From Macrostomum lignano (lineage: Eukaryota), in the NCBI GenBank assembly GCA_002269645.1, contig NIVC01000522.1, forward strand, positions 186,001 through 250,000: a DNA stretch of 64,000 nt, given 5' to 3'. The notes below the pieces were generated by a model. That model worked only from the letters and a program-made list of their open reading frames with translations, was not told the DNA's origin and ran no database searches. Positions 59,500-64,000 of this stretch are shown one piece after another. Within the stretch, counting starts at the first letter, position 1. Every line of letters begins with the position of its first letter. Position numbers and translations under genes: made by a program.

Positions 59500-60000
59500 G
59501 CACAGTTGAATTCGTGCGAATTCCTGTTAAGACAGGAAATGGCGCGAATCCAACTGCGCACTAGTCTTTCTCAGAAAAATGCTTTTTTTGCACAGTTGAA
59601 TTCGTGCGAATTCCTGTTATGCACAAGATTTTTACGAACGTTCGTAAAAATCATGTAACCACTGAGAGCCGCTTTATGCTGCACATGATTTTTACGAAAG
59701 TTCGTGAAAATCATGTAACCAGTGGGAATCGAACCATGCGGGGCAGACTGAGACCGGTTTTGGGCTTTTTTTTGCCCTCGTCAGTCAGTCATAGCCACGC
59801 GAGGTCGGCTCCACCTCTAGCCAGCTGAGTGGAACTGCTATTTATACGCCCTTGCACCAAGTCCTTGCCTTGCACATGGCGACATTTTCTAGTCCACCAT
59901 GTGAGGAATTCGCGCCATGTTCAAATAGCTTTACTATCAGTAAGCTATCGCTTACAAATGTAACTAATACGAGCCGCTATATGCTGCACATGATTTTGTC
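59500..60000. other. Non-coding palindrome/direct-repeat cluster of the element
   Basis: 34-bp palindromes at 59623-59656 (perfect 26-bp core) and 59683-59716. TTGAATTCGTGCGAATTCC occurs twice. TATA box on the minus strand at 59839-59846. Confidence 0.8.
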
Positions 60001-60055
60001 AGTATTTTTAGATCTTGCGTCTGCACTCTACAGGGTACAACCGTGTAGTTGGCTA

Positions 60056-60292
60056 CTACAACTGCCTTATAACTTCAGCAAAGTTATAATAGCTGTCAAA
60101 ATTGTTAATGACTACTCCGTGTTTTTCAAACCAGTGAGATTTAAGTGCTTGATTAATATTAGGGACATTGATATCAACGTCGGGCCAATATTTTCTCATG
60201 TATTCGCTGCATTCTAGTTTGCATCGGTACTTGGATTTGTACAATGGATGAGGCTGAGTATAATAGGAACCTGGAGAGACAACTGGAAACAT
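60056..60292 (-). CDS. 78-aa hypothetical protein straddling the right TIR boundary (paralog of 44654-44896)
   Basis: First 55 aa identical to the left copy; diverged but homologous C-terminus. Confidence 0.7.
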   Translation of the reverse strand: MFPVVSPGSYYTQPHPLYKSKYRCKLECSEYMRKYWPDVDINVPNINQALKSHWFEKHGVVINNFDSYYNFAEVIRQL

Positions 60293-60747
60293 TTTTATTG
60301 AGAAATTAATTTTTTTTCAAAGGGTAAGGACCCTGCGCTGATGATTTAAAGTCTTTGGGATCTGGTAGCACGTTGCGAATTGAATGTGGGCCCCATGGGG
60401 AGAAGAATGCAGATTATTTTCTGATTGTTTCGAAGATGCTATGGGTGGATGTCAGTGTCAGTGAACATAACAGGTATCAGTGGACACCTGCTCTGATTCT
60501 GTCAGGGATAATATGGATGGATTTAATGGGATTATGGAGGACGTTTTGTGAGCGTGTGCGACCCCCCTTTTTTTCTGATTCTGTCGGGGATAATATGGAT
60601 GGATTTAGGTGGATTATGGAGGACGTTTTCGGAGCGAGTGCGACCCCCCTTTTTTTCTGATTCTGTCAGGGATAATATGGATGGATTTAGGTGGATTATG
60701 GAGGAGGTGAAAAATTTTGTCCCAAAAGCCCCCTCATGCCTTCTACT
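60128..60747 (-). repeat. Right terminal inverted repeat (620 bp)
   Basis: Matches the left TIR throughout by manual comparison, except T8 (60310-60317) versus A9. Confidence 0.97.
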
Positions 60748-60960
60748 CACACAGGATCCTATAAATGGCAAGCATGACCTCGCTCTGAGAAAACACTGGA
60801 GTTGAGTGTAGTGTGCTGGGGGTAGCTCCACACCGCTTCTCCCTTGATGAGGACGTGGATTCTCCGAAGCCCGAGAGACAATGCCTCTATTCCGTGAGGA
60901 TTTAGTCTGTGACGATGTTGAGCCCCGCCACTGCACTCCTCGCAGTTCAAGAATACTATA

Positions 60961-61715
60961 TACCTTTTTGCGATCTAGTTTGTCAAAACTGCAATCAATT
61001 TTGCCCGCGGAAAAATATCACTAATAATTTTGCTGTCTAGGCCAAGTCTGCTCAGTCATGACCAGAGTTTCAGCCACAGACAACTCTTTGAAAGCTGCAA
61101 TCAATTTTGCCAAAACTGCGACGAAAATCACGTGAAGTTTGCCCATAGGGAAAGGAAACACCACAGACATACATATAGCAAGATCAAAGAATGGCCCAGC
61201 GTGGACCTTATAACAGGATTTCAGCAAAGGACCGGCAGCGATTGATTCAAGCATATCAGGATGGAGAGGACTGGCAAGATTTCGGTAGGCTGTTGGGCGC
61301 ATCTCACGAAGAACCGTGACTTACATGTACATAGTTGCAGGACAATTCAACGCAACCGGTCGTATAGAGCCTCTGGCCTCGCGGAGGTGCCAAGCGGAGG
61401 TCCCTTAACAATGCTATGATTGAGAGCATTTGTGCCTACGTCTACCATTATAAACTCGGTGTTTATTTTTCACTTTTACAGTTTATTTCGTCACACTTAA
61501 TTCGAATTGATTCTCAATAAAAATTCTTCTTGGCTTGCTATGGGCAAACTAGGTCGCAGTTTTGGCAAAATTGATTGCAGTTTTCAAAGAGTTGTCTGTG
61601 GCTGAAACTCTGGTCATGACTGAGCAGACTTGGCCTAGACAGCAAAATTATAAGTAGATATTTTTCCGCGGGCAAAATTGATTGCAGTTTTGGCAAGCTA
61701 GTTCACAAAAAGGTA
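60961..61715 (+). mobile_element. Non-autonomous Tc1/IS630-like element with ~162-bp TIRs and TA TSD
   Basis: 60961-61122 is an imperfect inverted repeat of 61553-61715, with TA on both flanks. The internal transposase N-terminus starts at 61191: MAQRGPYNRISAKDRQRLIQAYQDGEDWQDFGRLLG...GRIEPL-PRGGAKRRSLNNAMIESICAYV. Confidence 0.88.
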
Positions 61716-62013
61716 TAATATTTGAAATATACGTATGTAAAACAAAGCTTTTTATTTATTTTAAATGCTTATGTACAAATAGGTATAAGTATCAACATTA
61801 TGTTTTCTATTTTTTACTATATGAAATGCTGATCGTGTAAAAGAAGTTATTTCACTCTAATAAAATTACATTACAAATTCCGAATTATCATTGTTTAACG
61901 CGATCGCGCCTCGCGACCACGATCCATCCGATCCAACAAGTATCTTGTGGCTTTATTTTATATCTTATTCTTGGTTAACATTTTTTGGGTCTATCTTCAG
62001 TAAAAGTTATAAA

Positions 62014-62070
62014 ATGGCCGACAGCAAACCATCAATCGCACGTGATTCAACTATGGCTGCGACAGCTAAG
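62014..62070 (+). CDS. Possible first coding exon of a downstream host gene (MADSKPSIARDSTMAATAK)
   Basis: AAA-ATGGCC start, AAG|GTGGGT donor, upstream acceptor TCTTCAG at 62000 and a CpG-rich patch at ~61900. No homology is recognisable. Confidence 0.3.
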
Positions 62071-64000
62071 GTGGGTGTGTTTTCAGATCAATACATGAGA
62101 CTCATCAGTTGGGCAATTGGCGCAACATAACATGATGTGGCCATATAATTATAGACATGGGGAAACATTGATGCCAATGGCATAAAAATATATTACCCTA
62201 GGCCTAGGCACACAGAAAAAACCCTGTTACATAGCTATAGGAATTTTTTTTGTCAAAAAACAGCTTTTTATAGGCCTAGGCCTAGTTTATCTATGGGCCT
62301 ACACCAGGGCCAGGCAAAGTAAGCTGAGGAAATAGCAAATGCATGCATGCTAGAAACTTTGAAATGCAGGCCACCTTTATTAGTATAATAGAAATGTCAT
62401 TATTTATATTATGTTTTCTATTTGCAAAAGGTAAATGGTAGGAGTAATTATGACAAATTTTAGTCTCAAAAATGCCTTATCATCTAATTAGGCCTAGTAA
62501 TTATATTAGTGCTATACATTAATTTACTGACAAGATTCAATCTAGCTCGTGCTTATGCTATATCTATCTAGTAGGCCTATTATGTTAATCGGTGATCGGT
62601 AGGCGTATGTTATGTTTGCATAATTTTGGTTTTTTGATTTTTTCATATTCAGAAGCATATTTGGAAAATAAAATTTGTGAATCTGAAACATTTTGATTTC
62701 TAAAAAAATATGACTTTTTTCGGATTCAGAATCCAAATCCGAATATTCAGGTCCATTACTAGTTCAATATAAAGTGTACATAGTTGGCATACAATAAATA
62801 GCCAAGTTAAGGGCTAATTTAATCCTGTAGTTAAATATCAACTAACAAAAGCTCTTTAAACATAATCAAAAACTAAAATAAAAAATATTTGAACAATATA
62901 GAAGTGGATCATGTAGTATATGCCCAAAACATTAGGCGTGCATTGGCCTTGCATACCAAAATTAGGCGTGCACAGTTGGCATGCATCATTCCTGAGAAAA
63001 TATAGCATGCATACATACCTGGCATGCACTTTATAGAATCACATGTAAGAGTTATTGGGAAGTAGAAAAAAGATGAAAAGTTCATTTTCAAGCACAAATT
63101 TCAAGCTTTTCAGTTTATTCAAGCTTGTAATAAAGCTTAAAAATTGAAACAAAGAATATTAATTTTTAGCAAAGAAGAACATTAACAAGATCCCTCACCT
63201 TTAAAGCAGATGGCATGAAAACTTTTTAAGTAGACACAGTCCCATTGTGTCAATCTTGCTCAGTTGTTGGTTGATAGCCAGGTAGTTAGTTGGCTTACCT
63301 TTTAGAAAGTTTCAACCATCTTTTTCAGAAAACCAAGGCATTGTAGTCTAGGCCTACTAGTGCTCCAAGATCTGTGGGTTTTAAAGGTCGAGAAAATATA
63401 CATTTTAAGTAGCATATACAAATATTTACACATAAAATTTTGGAATAATTTTGATGTTATGACCTGTTCACATTTTAAATTGCTGCATGCTAATATTAGC
63501 CCAAGTCATTGTAAAGACCTCTTACCAGACACAATGGTGAGTCAAACCAGCCATTATTACACCATTTAGCAACTTCACTAGCAGATTTTTTTAATTGATA
63601 AGAGCAGGCATACTGCTATGGCTTTATTAATCCAATTAAAAATTTATAAATGAGTTAAAGACTCGCCTATTATCTTATATCTGATTTTCAATTTAATGGT
63701 GCCTTGCCACATAGAATCAACGTACCATACATTATAATCTCTGCCCAAGTGACCAATCAGTTCACCCACCCAATCAAATCAAATGAAGAGTGAACTAATG
63801 GCCGCTCAAAAGTGCATTAAATTATTCGGTGCCTTGGGTAAAAATGCTATGTTGTGGAATTAAATAATGGACAAAGCACGAGTGTGCTCCACGCTTTGTG
63901 AGCAGCAAAAATGTCAGTTGTCTGCAAAACAGGCAAAATAGCCTGAAAGATTCTAAACAAAACCCTAATATAGAAAGTACTGAGTTGCATCTAAAACACT

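Larger units (their letters stand above)
44198..60747. mobile_element. Full-length endogenous Polinton/Maverick (adintovirus-type) element, 16,550 bp
   Basis: Termini are AGTAGAAGG...(44198) and ...CCTTCTACT(60747). CACACA lies at both 44192-44197 and 60748-60753 (6-bp TSD). TIRs 44198-44818 and 60128-60747 match apart from one A-run indel. The canonical gene set (INT, pPolB, PRO, ATPase, MCP, mCP) is present. Confidence 0.97.

Noticed and set aside
59700-59830. tRNA gene inside the Polinton
   Set aside because: A B-box is present, but the T-stem and acceptor stem do not pair. It is kept only as a speculative Pol III unit.

Overview
Repeat-rich animal genomic DNA; the host cannot be identified from the sequence alone. 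Left to right: (1) a degenerate Tc1/IS630-type DNA transposon (351-1238); (2) an intronless DNAJB9/ERdj4-like gene (3254-3886) with an XBP1/UPRE motif just upstream; (3) a complete, divergent IP3-receptor-like channel gene, hand-assembled as about 41 exons and about 2,660 aa (5645-42510, +). Almost every long intron is filled by its own tandem repeat, and one holds a decayed RNase H-bearing LINE; (4) a full-length 16,550-bp endogenous Polinton/Maverick (adintovirus-type) DNA virus at 44198-60747. It has 620/621-bp TIRs (5'-AG...CT-3') and a perfect 6-bp CACACA target-site duplication. It encodes a DDE integrase, protein-primed PolB, adenain-like protease, A32-like ATPase, major and minor capsid proteins, a parvovirus-type PLA2, a pX-like core protein and a membrane protein. 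It also carries several unexplained features: paired TIR-straddling paralogous ORFs, a spliced micro-exon gene, a palindrome cluster and a possible Pol III unit. Its roughly 14 frameshifts lie almost all in homopolymer runs and no nonsense codons were seen, so the element may be intact; (5) a second non-autonomous Tc1/IS630 element (60961-61715). Exon boundaries and reconstructions were done by eye; no database searches were run.
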